DNA of 64,000 nt from Raja brachyura (lineage: Eukaryota): assembly GCA_963514005.1 (NCBI GenBank), contig OY740789.1, forward strand, positions 52,824,001 through 52,888,000, given 5' to 3'. The notes under the pieces are model-generated. The model saw only the letters and a list, made by a program, of their open reading frames with translations. It ran no database searches and was not told where the DNA came from. The position numbers were made by a program, and so were the translations under genes. Below, piece by piece: positions 63,430 to 64,000 of the stretch. How positions within the stretch are numbered: the first letter of the stretch is position 1; each line of letters opens with the position of its first letter.

Positions 63430-64000
63430 TTAAGATCAGTATTTGCAAAGATTACAATGATATTGGATGTGTTATTCAAAAGAGAATGAATAGTCACTTG
63501 TTGCTACAGTATCTTCGCAAAACAAGTCAGAGCTATCTCTTGGACAGCACAACAACCCAACAACAATGTTGGCAACATTATCAGCACAATGTTTCAATTT
63601 TACCATGTGCCTTCAGGTCACACAAGACACTAGTGTACAATTAAGACGGTTATTATAACCTTTTGTGACTTTCCTCGCTATATGTTCCTACTTGGCAAAT
63701 TCTGTAGTTGCAGCTCAGAAGTCAGTAAATGAAATCCATGTGCTGTTTGCATCATCTCAAGTTCGAGATGTAGCAGATTGCAGTATAAACACACTGGAGT
63801 ATAAGTCACTGAACTCTAGTGTTCCTCTCATAGCAAATTGATAGCATAATTTTATTATGCTATGAACAATGACTACAGGGAATGTGCAAGATCTGCACAG
63901 CTCTACATATAATCCATTTGACTAAATGTAACACTTCCATTAGACGAGTGTATAATGAAAGCAGTACTGGATGCCAGCAAGGACTATAACATTTCAGTTT

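Larger units (their letters stand above)
27626..64000 (-). other. MEIS2: Large MEIS2 intron upstream of exon 10 (5' end outside window)
   Basis: Acceptor at 27626-27627; by eye I found no exon encoding [26 protein letters not shown]; MEIS homeodomain introns are known to be very long. Confidence 0.8.

Noticed and set aside
27626-64000. Upstream MEIS2 homeodomain exon ([26 protein letters not shown])
   Set aside because: Not found by eye on the minus strand; presumably beyond the window, and a TBLASTN would settle it

Overview
Eukaryotic, intron-rich vertebrate DNA. The repeat content (HE1-like V-SINEs with CR1-type tails, CR1 and Rex1/Babar LINE fragments, Penelope remnants) points to a cartilaginous fish, probably a skate or ray (inference). 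The only host gene is the 3' part of MEIS2 on the minus strand: last homeodomain exon (27567-27625, GC donor), exon 11 with two acceptors (25053-25163/25142), alternative exon 12a (24651-24746), last exon 12b (CDS 22095-22381) and a ~1.5 kb 3' UTR. Everything from 27626 to 64000 appears to be one large intron; I found no upstream exon. 1-20500 is downstream flank with a nearly repeat-free, CpG-retaining block. Most notable: two copies (32101-32238, 48705-48838) of a ~135-bp retroposon whose first 54-55 nt fold into a minimal HDV-like self-cleaving ribozyme. In both copies the 11-bp target-site duplication puts the element's 5' end exactly at the predicted cleavage G. Also seen: minimal hammerhead motifs in Penelope-derived repeats, a read-through MEIS2 C-terminus behind the GC donor, multi-layer nested insertions, a non-autonomous Helitron and Harbinger/hAT MITEs. 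Repeat boundaries without a stated TSD are approximate. Exon numbers follow my recollection of tetrapod MEIS2.
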